A stretch of 64,000 nucleotides of DNA, taken from NCBI GenBank assembly GCA_964370335.1, contig CAYJIW010000001.1:121-64120 (forward strand), given 5' to 3'. Both the position numbers and the translations under genes were made by a program. Positions 1 to 11,580 of this stretch are shown in pieces (position 1 is the stretch's first letter; each line of letters starts with the position of its first letter). Below the pieces are notes generated by a model, which saw nothing but the letters and a program-made list of their open reading frames with translations, searched no databases and was not told the DNA's origin. The stretch comes from an uncultured Deferribacteraceae bacterium (GTDB taxonomy: Bacteria > Chrysiogenota > Deferribacteres > Deferribacterales > Mucispirillaceae).

Positions 1-2
1 AA

Positions 3-50
3 GGCACACTTGATAATATACGTGATAAGATGAAAAGATTTACAAACTAA
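3..50 (+). CDS. dnaA: probable 3' end of dnaA (partial, last 15 codons only)
   Basis: A frame open to the left edge ends ...GTLDNIRDKMKRFTN-stop (TAA 48-50). It lies directly upstream of dnaN-recF-gyrB, the classical dnaA position. It is too short for sequence-based identification. Confidence 0.4.
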   Translation, partial: GTLDNIRDKMKRFTN

Positions 51-64
51 TAACTTGTTTATAT

Positions 65-126
65 TTATCAACATATTAGCTAGTTACACACATTTATAAA
101 CATAGCTAGTATTACACTTATCAACA
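65..126 (+). promoter_or_regulatory. two direct exact copies of TTATCAACA (DnaA-box-like) in the dnaA-dnaN spacer
   Basis: TTATCAACA occurs at 65-73 and 118-126, one mismatch from the TTATCCACA consensus. Each copy lies next to a TAGCTAGT(A)TTACAC repeat, and AT-rich sequence follows to 346. Confidence 0.35.
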
Positions 127-346
127 AGCAATATTTTTTTATATTTTAGCTAAAGCAGCACTCACGATATTATAGGAAACAGTCAAGTAACAATTATAAA
201 TTAATTAAGATGTGTGTTATTAACTAGCACAACTATTAACAATTTACTATTGTTGCTAAATACTGTATTTATTAGCAAATTTTGCTTGTATAAAGTTATT
301 AATAGCACTATAATAACAACAATAAATATAATAAATAGGGGTAACT

Positions 347-1459
347 ATGAAATTTACAGCTATAAAAGAAAATATACTTCCGTATATTAATTATACTAAT
401 AGTTTTACAAGTCCTAAACACTTAAATCCAATCATCCAGAATATTAAATTATCTTTAGAAGGTAATGAGCTTACTATGCAAGCTACTAACTATCAAGTTG
501 GTTTTTCTTGTAACTTTGAAGTTAACATGGTTGAAGAAGGCAGAATTACTGTTAGTGCTAAAAAGTTGTTAGACATTATAAAACAGTTACCTGATGGATC
601 TCTAATAGAATTTGATTACGATAGCACACGTTTAAATATTACATCTGGACGTTCTTCTTTTAAACTATCTACAATCAGTTCAGAAGGGTTTCCAACAATA
701 TCTGATATACTTGCTGAATATAATTTAAAGCTAAGTTCTAAAGAGTTATCAGCTGTATTAAAGAAAGTCTGGTTTTGTATTGCTAGTGAGTCACAAAAAA
801 TTGAATATACAGGCGCTCAATTTAATATATCTGGCAACTTGCTAGAAGTATTTGCTACTGGTTTACAACGTGTAGCTATTGCTACTATAGAGTTCCCAGC
901 TGAATATTCTGACGATTTCACGATAAATATCCCTAGAAAAACGATAATAGAGCTTATAAAAGTACTTGATGCTAAACCTGATAGTGATGTTGAAATATTT
1001 ACAGATAAGAGCCAAATATCATTTAGAATAGATAATATGACTATCTACTCTAAACTTATAGAAAAGTTTGTTAAAGGTGTTAGCAGATTATTTACTAACG
1101 AATATCCTGTTACTGCTAAACTTAACACAAAAAACTTTATTGAAGCATCAAAACGTGTTTCTTCTATCACTAGTGACGATACACCGGGCATAGCATTAAG
1201 TTTTGATAGTGATAAACTTAAACTTTCATCATTAGAAACAGAATATGGCCAAGGTTTTGAAACAATAGACAATGTTGAAAGTAATCGTGATGTATTTGAA
1301 ATTGTACTTAATGCGAAACATGTTAACGAAATATTATCTAATATCGAAACAGAGTATTTTACTTTTGAAATGATTGATAAGCGTTCACCAGTATTAATTA
1401 CACCAGATACAGATAAATATAGATACTTAGTTGTACCAATATCTGTTGAAAAGCTTTAA
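347..1459 (+). CDS. dnaN: DNA polymerase III beta sliding clamp
   Basis: 370 aa, typical clamp length, with an N-terminus MKF....L......V of the dnaN type. Position between dnaA and recF. GGGG SD-like purines lie upstream of the ATG. Confidence 0.93.
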   Translation: MKFTAIKENILPYINYTNSFTSPKHLNPIIQNIKLSLEGNELTMQATNYQVGFSCNFEVNMVEEGRITVSAKKLLDIIKQLPDGSLIEFDYDSTRLNITSGRSSFKLSTISSEGFPTISDILAEYNLKLSSKELSAVLKKVWFCIASESQKIEYTGAQFNISGNLLEVFATGLQRVAIATIEFPAEYSDDFTINIPRKTIIELIKVLDAKPDSDVEIFTDKSQISFRIDNMTIYSKLIEKFVKGVSRLFTNEYPVTAKLNTKNFIEASKRVSSITSDDTPGIALSFDSDKLKLSSLETEYGQGFETIDNVESNRDVFEIVLNAKHVNEILSNIETEYFTFEMIDKRSPVLITPDTDKYRYLVVPISVEKL

Positions 1460-1491
1460 TACCTAATTAATTTTTACACCTAAATGATAAA

Positions 1492-2496
1492 ATGTTCATA
1501 AATAATGTTAAGCTTACAAATGTGCGTAACCACACAAATTCGTTTTATGAATTAGATAGCGAGGTTATATTTGTTGGCGAAAATGGCTCTGGCAAAACAA
1601 CAGTTTTAGAGTCATTGTACTATTTATTTGCTATACGTGGGTTTAAAAAACAGCCATTATCAAGTATAGTTAGTTTTGGGCAAGAATTTCTCAGGATACA
1701 ATCTAATATAAATATCGAAAATTTAGAATATGATGTTGTGTTAAAGTATGATGGAAAGCGTCATATATATAGCGATGATGTGTTAATTGATAGTATTTAT
1801 GACTATATGTACAAAAATCCGATAGCTGTTTATTCTACTGATTTTTTAGGGGTATTATCAACATCACATACAGACAGGCGTTCATTTATTGATAGATATA
1901 TTTATTATACAGATAAACCTTATGCTGATTTATTACGTAAGTATAACCATTATATATCGCAAAAAAACGCAGAATTTGATAAAGAAAACTATGATAAAAC
2001 ATATATTGAGTTACTAAACCAAGAGTTAGTTACTTTATCTAATACAATATCTGTAAAACGTAATGAGATTATTGCTAGCATAAATAACTCTTTAAACGAA
2101 ATTTATAAAGATACTCCATTTAATATGGAAGTATTGCTAAGTTATAAAACAAATATACGTGATACAGCGCTATTTGAAAAAGAATTTGTATCACGTCGTA
2201 CTTTATATGGTATACATCGTGATAAGATAGAAATGGTTTTAGGTAACAAAGCTATTGAAAAGTTTTCGTCTTTTGGGCAGAAAAAGACGTTTGCATTATT
2301 TTGTTTGCTATCCATTTTGAAACATGTTGAACAATTTAGAAAATCTGCTATAATAACACTTTTGGATGACTTTGAAGCTGGGCTTGATAACAAACGTGCT
2401 GGTACAATTAAAGAACTGTACTCTCATGGACGTCAAGTTATCTACACTAGCGTTGATGCATCTAAATTAGATTATAAAAAAATCATACAGTTATAA
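1492..2496 (+). CDS. recF: DNA replication/repair protein RecF
   Basis: Walker A GENGSGKTTVLES near the N-terminus and an SMC-like signature region (FSSFGQKKTFAL). The dnaN-recF-gyrB order supports the call. Confidence 0.9.
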   Translation: MFINNVKLTNVRNHTNSFYELDSEVIFVGENGSGKTTVLESLYYLFAIRGFKKQPLSSIVSFGQEFLRIQSNINIENLEYDVVLKYDGKRHIYSDDVLIDSIYDYMYKNPIAVYSTDFLGVLSTSHTDRRSFIDRYIYYTDKPYADLLRKYNHYISQKNAEFDKENYDKTYIELLNQELVTLSNTISVKRNEIIASINNSLNEIYKDTPFNMEVLLSYKTNIRDTALFEKEFVSRRTLYGIHRDKIEMVLGNKAIEKFSSFGQKKTFALFCLLSILKHVEQFRKSAIITLLDDFEAGLDNKRAGTIKELYSHGRQVIYTSVDASKLDYKKIIQL

Positions 2497-4872
<2,376 letters not shown>

Positions 4873-4884
4873 GGTGTGATGTAG

Positions 4885-7377
4885 ATGGAAAATAAAGATA
4901 CAAAAGATATACAACTGATTAGTATTGAAGAAACACTTAAAGATAACTACTTAGATTATGCGATGAGTGTTATCGCTGGGCGTGCGTTACCAGATGTTAG
5001 GGACGGATTAAAACCAGTACATAGGCGTGTATTGTACACGATGAACGAGATGGGTGTTCAGCATAATAAGCCTAACAAAAAATCGGCACGTATTGTCGGT
5101 GATACTATGGGTAAACTTCACCCACATGGTGATAGTGCTATTTATGATACCCTAGTACGTTTGGCGCAAGATTTCTCACTGCGTTATCCTTTAGTTATTG
5201 GGCAAGGTAACTTTGGTTCTATAGATGGTGACTCTGCTGCTGCATCACGTTATACAGAAGCTAGGATGGCTAAAATATCTGACGAACTTATGGCTGATAT
5301 TGATAGCGATACTGTTGACTTTGTACCAAACTATGATGGATCGCTAAAAGAGCCTGTAGTTTTCCCAACTCGTGTACCTAACTTATTAATAAATGGTGTT
5401 GGTGGTATCGCAGTTGGTATGGCAACAAATATTCCGCCACATAACTTAACTGAAATTATGGACGCACTTTTATACATGATAGATAAACCTGAGTTTACTC
5501 AAGAAGAATTATTTTCTATCATAAAAGGACCGGATTTCCCTACAGGTGGTATAATAATGGGCAGAGGCGATATATATAACGCATATCGCACTGGTCGTGG
5601 CACAATTAAAGTACGTGCTAAAGCAGAAGTTATTGAAAGTGGGAAAAACCGTGAACAAATAGTTATTACTGAAATACCATACCAAGTTAACAAAGCTGCA
5701 CTTGTTGAAAAAATTGCAGACTTAGTTGGTGAAAAGAAGATACCGGGTATTTCTGATATTCGTGATGTATCTAATATGCATGGTATCAAAATATTGATAG
5801 ATGTTAAAAAAGGTGAATCTGGCGAAGTTATCCTTAATAGACTTTACAAATTTACGGCACTTGAGTCATCTTTTGGTATTAATATGGTTGCCATTGTTGG
5901 TGGTAGACCAAAGATACTACCTATCATAGAAGTATTGCATGAGTTTATTGCACACAGGATAGATGTTGTTACTAGACGTACTAAGTTTTTACTAAATAAA
6001 GCAGAAGAGCGTATGCATATTGTTGAAGGTCTGCGTATCGCTGTTGAAAATATTGATGAAGTAATTAAAATTATTAAATCATCTAAAGATACACCAGATG
6101 CAAAAGCATCATTAATTAAAAGGTTTGATTTTTCTGATCGCCAAGCACAAGCTATACTTGATATGCGTCTTGCAAAGCTTACTGGTCTTGAAATTGATAA
6201 GCTTAATGATGAATACGAAAAGTTAAAGAAAGAAATTGAAGGCTATATCGAACTGCTTAACTCTAAAGTTAAGATGATGGCTTTAATACGTGAAGAACTT
6301 GAAGAAATCAAAGATAAATTTGGTGATGAGCGTAGAACAGAAGTTGAAGAAGCATACGGCGAATTTGATGAAGAAAGCCTTATCCCTAATGATGAAACTG
6401 TTGTTACAATTAGTCACGGTGGTTATATCAAGCGTACGCTACTTTCTAGCTTTGCTGCACAAAAGCGTGGCGGTAAAGGTAAAAGCGGTTCTGCTACTAA
6501 AGTCGATGACTTTGTTGAGCGTATCATATACACAACAAACCATTCGCAAATACTTATGTTTACTAATAAAGGTAAAGTTCATAACTTGAAAGTTTACCAC
6601 ATACCAGAACAAGCGAGAGATTCTAAAGGACGACATATATCAAACTTGTTATCACTTGATGAAGGCGAAAAAATTGCATCATTCTTAACTGTTGCAGAAA
6701 AAGATGATTCGCAATCAATATTCTTTGCTACTAAGCAAGGTGTTGTTAAGCGTTCAAAAGTTACAGAATTTAAAAGTGGCAGAAGTGGTATAATTGCACT
6801 TGGCTTGCGTGAGGGCGATGAAATTGTCGGTACATTATTAACACATGATGATGATTCAATATTTATTGCTACTAGGCAAGGTAAAACTATCCAGTTTGAA
6901 GCAACTGCTGTTAGAACAATGGGTAGAACTGCTACAGGTGTTAGAGGTATTACACTTGGTAGCCTTGATGAAGTCGTATCACTTGAAATTATTAAAACAG
7001 ATTCACAAATATTGACTGTTACTACACTTGGTTATGGTAAATGTACAGAAGTTGGCGAATATCGTGTACAATCTAGGGCTGGTAAAGGTCTTAAATTAAT
7101 GAAAATTACGCCTAAAACTGGTCTTGTTGTTGGTGCTAAACAAGTTACTGGCGATGAAGATGTTATGTTTATCACTAAAAATGGTAAAACAATTAGAATA
7201 TCTGTTAACGAGATTAATGTACAAGGTAGAGATACGCAAGGCGTTAGGTTGATGAACACATCTGGTGATGATATTATATCTATTGCTGTTGTCCCTCGTG
7301 ATGATGAAGAAGATGATACAGATGATGTTGTAACAACAGCTACAGCAACTGTAAACCCTACAGACGAGCAAGCATAG
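4885..7377 (+). CDS. gyrA: DNA gyrase subunit A (acidic C-terminal tail)
   Basis: AMSVIAGRALPDVRDGLKPVHRRVLY, the active-site Tyr context AAASRYTEARM, and C-terminal beta-pinwheel repeats. The tail is DDEEDDTDD. Confidence 0.98.
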   Translation: MENKDTKDIQLISIEETLKDNYLDYAMSVIAGRALPDVRDGLKPVHRRVLYTMNEMGVQHNKPNKKSARIVGDTMGKLHPHGDSAIYDTLVRLAQDFSLRYPLVIGQGNFGSIDGDSAAASRYTEARMAKISDELMADIDSDTVDFVPNYDGSLKEPVVFPTRVPNLLINGVGGIAVGMATNIPPHNLTEIMDALLYMIDKPEFTQEELFSIIKGPDFPTGGIIMGRGDIYNAYRTGRGTIKVRAKAEVIESGKNREQIVITEIPYQVNKAALVEKIADLVGEKKIPGISDIRDVSNMHGIKILIDVKKGESGEVILNRLYKFTALESSFGINMVAIVGGRPKILPIIEVLHEFIAHRIDVVTRRTKFLLNKAEERMHIVEGLRIAVENIDEVIKIIKSSKDTPDAKASLIKRFDFSDRQAQAILDMRLAKLTGLEIDKLNDEYEKLKKEIEGYIELLNSKVKMMALIREELEEIKDKFGDERRTEVEEAYGEFDEESLIPNDETVVTISHGGYIKRTLLSSFAAQKRGGKGKSGSATKVDDFVERIIYTTNHSQILMFTNKGKVHNLKVYHIPEQARDSKGRHISNLLSLDEGEKIASFLTVAEKDDSQSIFFATKQGVVKRSKVTEFKSGRSGIIALGLREGDEIVGTLLTHDDDSIFIATRQGKTIQFEATAVRTMGRTATGVRGITLGSLDEVVSLEIIKTDSQILTVTTLGYGKCTEVGEYRVQSRAGKGLKLMKITPKTGLVVGAKQVTGDEDVMFITKNGKTIRISVNEINVQGRDTQGVRLMNTSGDDIISIAVVPRDDEEDDTDDVVTTATATVNPTDEQA

Positions 7378-7387
7378 GAGCGACTTT

Positions 7388-8236
7388 ATGGCTATAATAA
7401 TTGATGGTAAAGATTTGGCTGCACGTGTACGTGAGCAACTAAAAATTGAAACAGCTGAATGTATGCAAAAGTATGGTAAAGTTCCGGGTATCGCTGTTAT
7501 ACTAGCTGGTGATGATCCAGCTAGTAACGTATATGTTACATCTAAAGAAAAAACGGCTGTTGAAGCGGGCTTTCACTCTGTAGTTGAGCGTGTATCTAAT
7601 AGCATCACTACTGAAGAAATACTTGCACTTGTTGAAAAATATAATAACGATGATAGTATTCATGGGATACTTGTTCAACTTCCACTACCAAAAGGAGTTG
7701 ATGATAAAGTTGTCTTAAGAGCTATTAAGCCAGAAAAAGATGTTGATGGATTTCATCCAGTTAATGTTGGCTTGCTAAATATTGGTGAAGATTGCCTTAT
7801 GCCATGCACACCAGCAGGTATAATTACAATGCTGAAAGATTACGATATATCTATCGAAGGTAAATCAGCAGTCATTATAGGCAGAAGTAATATTGTTGGT
7901 AAACCGATGGCTGCAATGCTTATAAAAGAGAGTGCAACCGTTACTGTTTGTCACTCGCGCACTAGAGATATACAATCAGTATGTAGGCAAGCAGATATAC
8001 TCGTTGCAGCTATAGGCAAAGCAAAATTTGTCACAACTGATTTTGTTAAAGAGGGCGCAGTTGTTATAGATGTTGGCATGAACAGGGACGAAAACGGTAA
8101 ACTATGTGGCGACGTTGATTATGCTACTGTTGCTGAAAAAGCATCATATATTACACCTGTTCCCGGTGGTGTTGGTCCTATGACTATTGCTACATTAATG
8201 CAAAACACAATGAAGGCATTTAAAAAATCATTATAA
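7388..8236 (+). CDS. folD: bifunctional methylene-THF dehydrogenase / methenyl-THF cyclohydrolase
   Basis: Motifs VILAGDDPASNVYV, GRSNIVGKPMA and PVPGGVGPMTIA. Confidence 0.95.
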   Translation: MAIIIDGKDLAARVREQLKIETAECMQKYGKVPGIAVILAGDDPASNVYVTSKEKTAVEAGFHSVVERVSNSITTEEILALVEKYNNDDSIHGILVQLPLPKGVDDKVVLRAIKPEKDVDGFHPVNVGLLNIGEDCLMPCTPAGIITMLKDYDISIEGKSAVIIGRSNIVGKPMAAMLIKESATVTVCHSRTRDIQSVCRQADILVAAIGKAKFVTTDFVKEGAVVIDVGMNRDENGKLCGDVDYATVAEKASYITPVPGGVGPMTIATLMQNTMKAFKKSL

Positions 8237-8249
8237 ACGGTTTCACTTT

Positions 8250-9590
8250 ATGGATACTATAGTAGCACCAATCACTGCATTTGTTAATTCGCCTGTTATC
8301 GTCGTTAGGATATCAGGCGATAATGCGTTAAATATTACAAACCTTTTGCGTACGTCAAAAGGGAACACACCCAGTACACTTACACATTCTAAAGTATCTC
8401 GTTATAGTTTTTTGCTTAATGATGGCTTAGAGGACGATGTTCTTGTATCATATTTTAAAAACCCAAACTCATTTACTGGCGAAGATGTTGTTGAAATATC
8501 TTTTCATGGTAACCCTATAATCGTTAAGCATGCGTTGCAATCAATGTATAATCTTGGGTTTCGCCCAGCAGAAGCAGGCGAGTTTTCTAAACGTGCTTTT
8601 CTTAACGGAAAGATGGATTTAACACAAGCAGAAGCTATACAAGAATTAATTGCTGCAAAAACTGCAAAGGGTGTCAACCTTGCATATAAACAACTTACTG
8701 GCAGAGTTCGTCATGAGTTTGATATATTGCTAGATGACTTTTTATCACTAAAAGCAAATATTGAAGCACGGATCGACTTTCCTGATGAAGATGGTGCTGG
8801 TGATGATTCGGTTGACTATTTATTATCTTCCATAGCTGATATTAAATCGAAAATTAACTTGTTAATAGCTGGCTATAACTCAATGCGTAAGAATGTTGAA
8901 GGATTAAAACTTGTTTTAGCTGGCAAACCAAACGTTGGCAAATCGTCTTTATTAAATATATTATTGCGTAGGGAACGTGCTATTGTTTCTGCAACTGCAG
9001 GAACTACACGCGACTATATAGCAGAAGATCTTTTCTTGTCCGATATACCAATAACACTTTATGATACTGCTGGCGTTAGGGTATCAAGTGATGATATTGA
9101 AAGCAGCGGTGTAGAGCGTTCAATAGATTTGATAAATGATGCTGATATTGTGTTAGTTGTTTTAGATTTATCAAAACAATTAGATAGTGATGATGATAAG
9201 ATTTTATCACTAACAAAAGATATTAATAGAATTGTGATTGGTAATAAGTGTGATTTAGATATTAATAATAAGTATGATGTTGACATCAAAGTGTCTGCAA
9301 AGTCATCTGATAATATTAAGGCATTGTCTGAGATGATAAAAGATAAAGCAGGTATGAATGATTTTGATGTTAACGCAACAACCGCTACTGTTACAGAGCG
9401 TCATGTTGCGTTATTGAATGATGTGTTATCATTGATTGACGAGTTAATGTTTCACGTGAAACAATCGCCACTTGATATGATAGCTATTGATGTTGAAAGC
9501 TGCATAAATTTAATACAAGAAATTACCGGCGAAGTTTATACCGAAAAAGTGTTAGATATAATTTTTGAAAAATTCTGTATCGGAAAGTAA
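8250..9590 (+). CDS. mnmE: tRNA modification GTPase MnmE
   Basis: G-domain motifs GKPNVGKSSLLN, DTAG and NKCD, plus the C-terminal CIGK tetrapeptide. Confidence 0.95.
   Translation: MDTIVAPITAFVNSPVIVVRISGDNALNITNLLRTSKGNTPSTLTHSKVSRYSFLLNDGLEDDVLVSYFKNPNSFTGEDVVEISFHGNPIIVKHALQSMYNLGFRPAEAGEFSKRAFLNGKMDLTQAEAIQELIAAKTAKGVNLAYKQLTGRVRHEFDILLDDFLSLKANIEARIDFPDEDGAGDDSVDYLLSSIADIKSKINLLIAGYNSMRKNVEGLKLVLAGKPNVGKSSLLNILLRRERAIVSATAGTTRDYIAEDLFLSDIPITLYDTAGVRVSSDDIESSGVERSIDLINDADIVLVVLDLSKQLDSDDDKILSLTKDINRIVIGNKCDLDINNKYDVDIKVSAKSSDNIKALSEMIKDKAGMNDFDVNATTATVTERHVALLNDVLSLIDELMFHVKQSPLDMIAIDVESCINLIQEITGEVYTEKVLDIIFEKFCIGK
9448..9463. promoter_or_regulatory. parS: parS centromere-like site (perfect 16-bp palindrome) inside the 3' end of mnmE
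   Basis: TGTTTCACGTGAAACA matches the established parS consensus TGTTNCACGTGAAACA exactly. Confidence 0.8.
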
Positions 9591-9677
9591 ATTTTAGCCT
9601 AATTTACTCTATTGTGTTGTTGGGTACTTAGTATTTGTTGTTTTGATGTGTGTAATACTAGCAGTTTGTTGTGAAAA

Positions 9678-9693
9678 TGTTTCACGTGAAACA
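9678..9693. promoter_or_regulatory. parS: parS centromere-like site in the mnmE-mnmG spacer
   Basis: TGTTTCACGTGAAACA, embedded in a perfect 24-bp palindrome AAAATGTTTCACGTGAAACATTTT (9674-9697). Confidence 0.85.
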
Positions 9694-9711
9694 TTTTAGA
9701 TTTGAGGATAT

Positions 9712-11580
9712 ATGAAAAAGTATGATGTTATAGTTATAGGTGCAGGTCATGCTGGTTGCGAGGCTACACTTGCAAGTGCTCGCATGGGTGCAAAGACTTT
9801 GCTTGTAACAATTTCTGTTGATAATATAGGTTTGATGCCATGTAATCCGGCTATTGGTGGTCTTGGAAAAGGAAACCTTGTAAAAGATATGGATGCACTT
9901 GGTGGCGAAATGGGTAGAAATATTGACGCCACGGGTATTCAATTTAGAGTTTTAAACAAGGGTAAAGGTTCTGCTGTTTGGGGAAGTAGGGCACAAGCTG
10001 ATAAATATCTATATCGTGAAAGAATGATTGATGTTGTAATGTCGCAATCGTCACTTGATGTTAAGCAAGGTATAGTCACAGAAGTTATTGCTGATAATAA
10101 CGTGATAAAAGGTATTAAGCTTGCATGTGGGCAAGAGTTCGCATGTGAAAAGCTGATAATATGCGGTGGAACATTTATAGATGGCGAAATATATCTTGGT
10201 ACATCAATAATAAAAGCTGGCAGAATGTATGAGCCATCAGCCGAAGCACTATCGCTATCACTTAAAAAACTAGGTTTTCAACCAATGAAGTTAAAGACAG
10301 ATACGCCAGCACGTGTTCATGTTGACTCTATAGATTTCAGCGTTATGCAAACAATATCAAGCGATGAAGATATTATTCCATTTTCACGAGAAACAACATC
10401 AATAACTTTGCCACAAATCAATTGTTATCAAGCATGGACAAATGAAGAAGTGCATCAAATAATACGTGATAATATACATACAAGTTTAATATATAATGGT
10501 TCGCTAGAAACGATAGGCCCAAGATATTGCCCATCTATAGAAGATAAAGTTACAAAGTTTACAGATAAGGATAGACACCCAATAATTGTTGAGCCAGAAG
10601 GCTTGACAACTAAAGAGGCGCATGTGAATGGCTTTTCTACATCTATATGTGTAGAGGGGCAAGTTAAAGCTTACCGTGCTGTTAAGGGTATGGAAAAGTG
10701 CGAGTTTACAAGGCCAGCGTATGCAATAAGGTATGATGTGTACGCACCAACAGGGCTTTACCATACTTATGAAACAAAACTAGTAAAAGGTTTATATATG
10801 GCTGGGCAGCTAAACGGTACTAGCGGTTATGAAGAAGCAGCAACGCAAGGCTTCCTTGCTGGTGTTAATGCTGTACTGTCACTAAGTGGTAGTGAGCCAT
10901 TTATTTTGGGTAGGCACGAAAGTTATATGGGTGTTTTGACAGATGATATTATAACGAAAGGTGTTGATGAGCCATATAGAATGTACTCCTCACGAAGTGA
11001 GTATCGTTTATTAACTCGTGAAGATAATGCAGAAGAACGACTTATTGATTACGGATATAAGTTTGGGTTAATATCTGACACTAGGTATAAAAGATATAAG
11101 CAAGAAATAGATGTTATTGATAATGAAGTAGAGCGATTAAAGTCTAGTGTGATAAAAATGACAGATGATAATATGGCTAAGTTGCGCGAAAAAGGTATAA
11201 ATATCAGAGAGTCTATAAAAGCATATGAGTTGATGAAGCGACCAGAGGTTAGTCATGAATATGTATATTCGTTCGTCGGTTGCGATATTGAAGATAAAAG
11301 ATTAAAAGAGCGTGTAGAAACTAAAATAAAGTATTCTGGCTATATTGATAAGCAACAAAGAAGTGTTGAGAAAATGAAATCGGTTGAAGAAAAAGAAATC
11401 CCTAGCGACTTTAACTATAGAGGTATTCCCGGTTTGCGCTATGAGTATGCAGACAAGCTAGAAGAAATTAAGCCACGTACTTTGGGTCAAGCTATGCGCA
11501 TATCCGGCGTTTCTATGAATGCGATAAGTGTGCTAGCTATAGAAATCGAAAAGCAAGAACGCATAAAAGGTAAAAAGTAA
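9712..11580 (+). CDS. mnmG: tRNA uridine-5-carboxymethylaminomethyl synthesis enzyme MnmG (copy 1)
   Basis: 622 aa. FAD motif VIGAGHAGCEA, conserved Cys motifs MPCNPAIGG and GPRYCPSIEDK, and C-terminal RPRTLGQAMRISGV. Confidence 0.93.
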   Translation: MKKYDVIVIGAGHAGCEATLASARMGAKTLLVTISVDNIGLMPCNPAIGGLGKGNLVKDMDALGGEMGRNIDATGIQFRVLNKGKGSAVWGSRAQADKYLYRERMIDVVMSQSSLDVKQGIVTEVIADNNVIKGIKLACGQEFACEKLIICGGTFIDGEIYLGTSIIKAGRMYEPSAEALSLSLKKLGFQPMKLKTDTPARVHVDSIDFSVMQTISSDEDIIPFSRETTSITLPQINCYQAWTNEEVHQIIRDNIHTSLIYNGSLETIGPRYCPSIEDKVTKFTDKDRHPIIVEPEGLTTKEAHVNGFSTSICVEGQVKAYRAVKGMEKCEFTRPAYAIRYDVYAPTGLYHTYETKLVKGLYMAGQLNGTSGYEEAATQGFLAGVNAVLSLSGSEPFILGRHESYMGVLTDDIITKGVDEPYRMYSSRSEYRLLTREDNAEERLIDYGYKFGLISDTRYKRYKQEIDVIDNEVERLKSSVIKMTDDNMAKLREKGINIRESIKAYELMKRPEVSHEYVYSFVGCDIEDKRLKERVETKIKYSGYIDKQQRSVEKMKSVEEKEIPSDFNYRGIPGLRYEYADKLEEIKPRTLGQAMRISGVSMNAISVLAIEIEKQERIKGKK

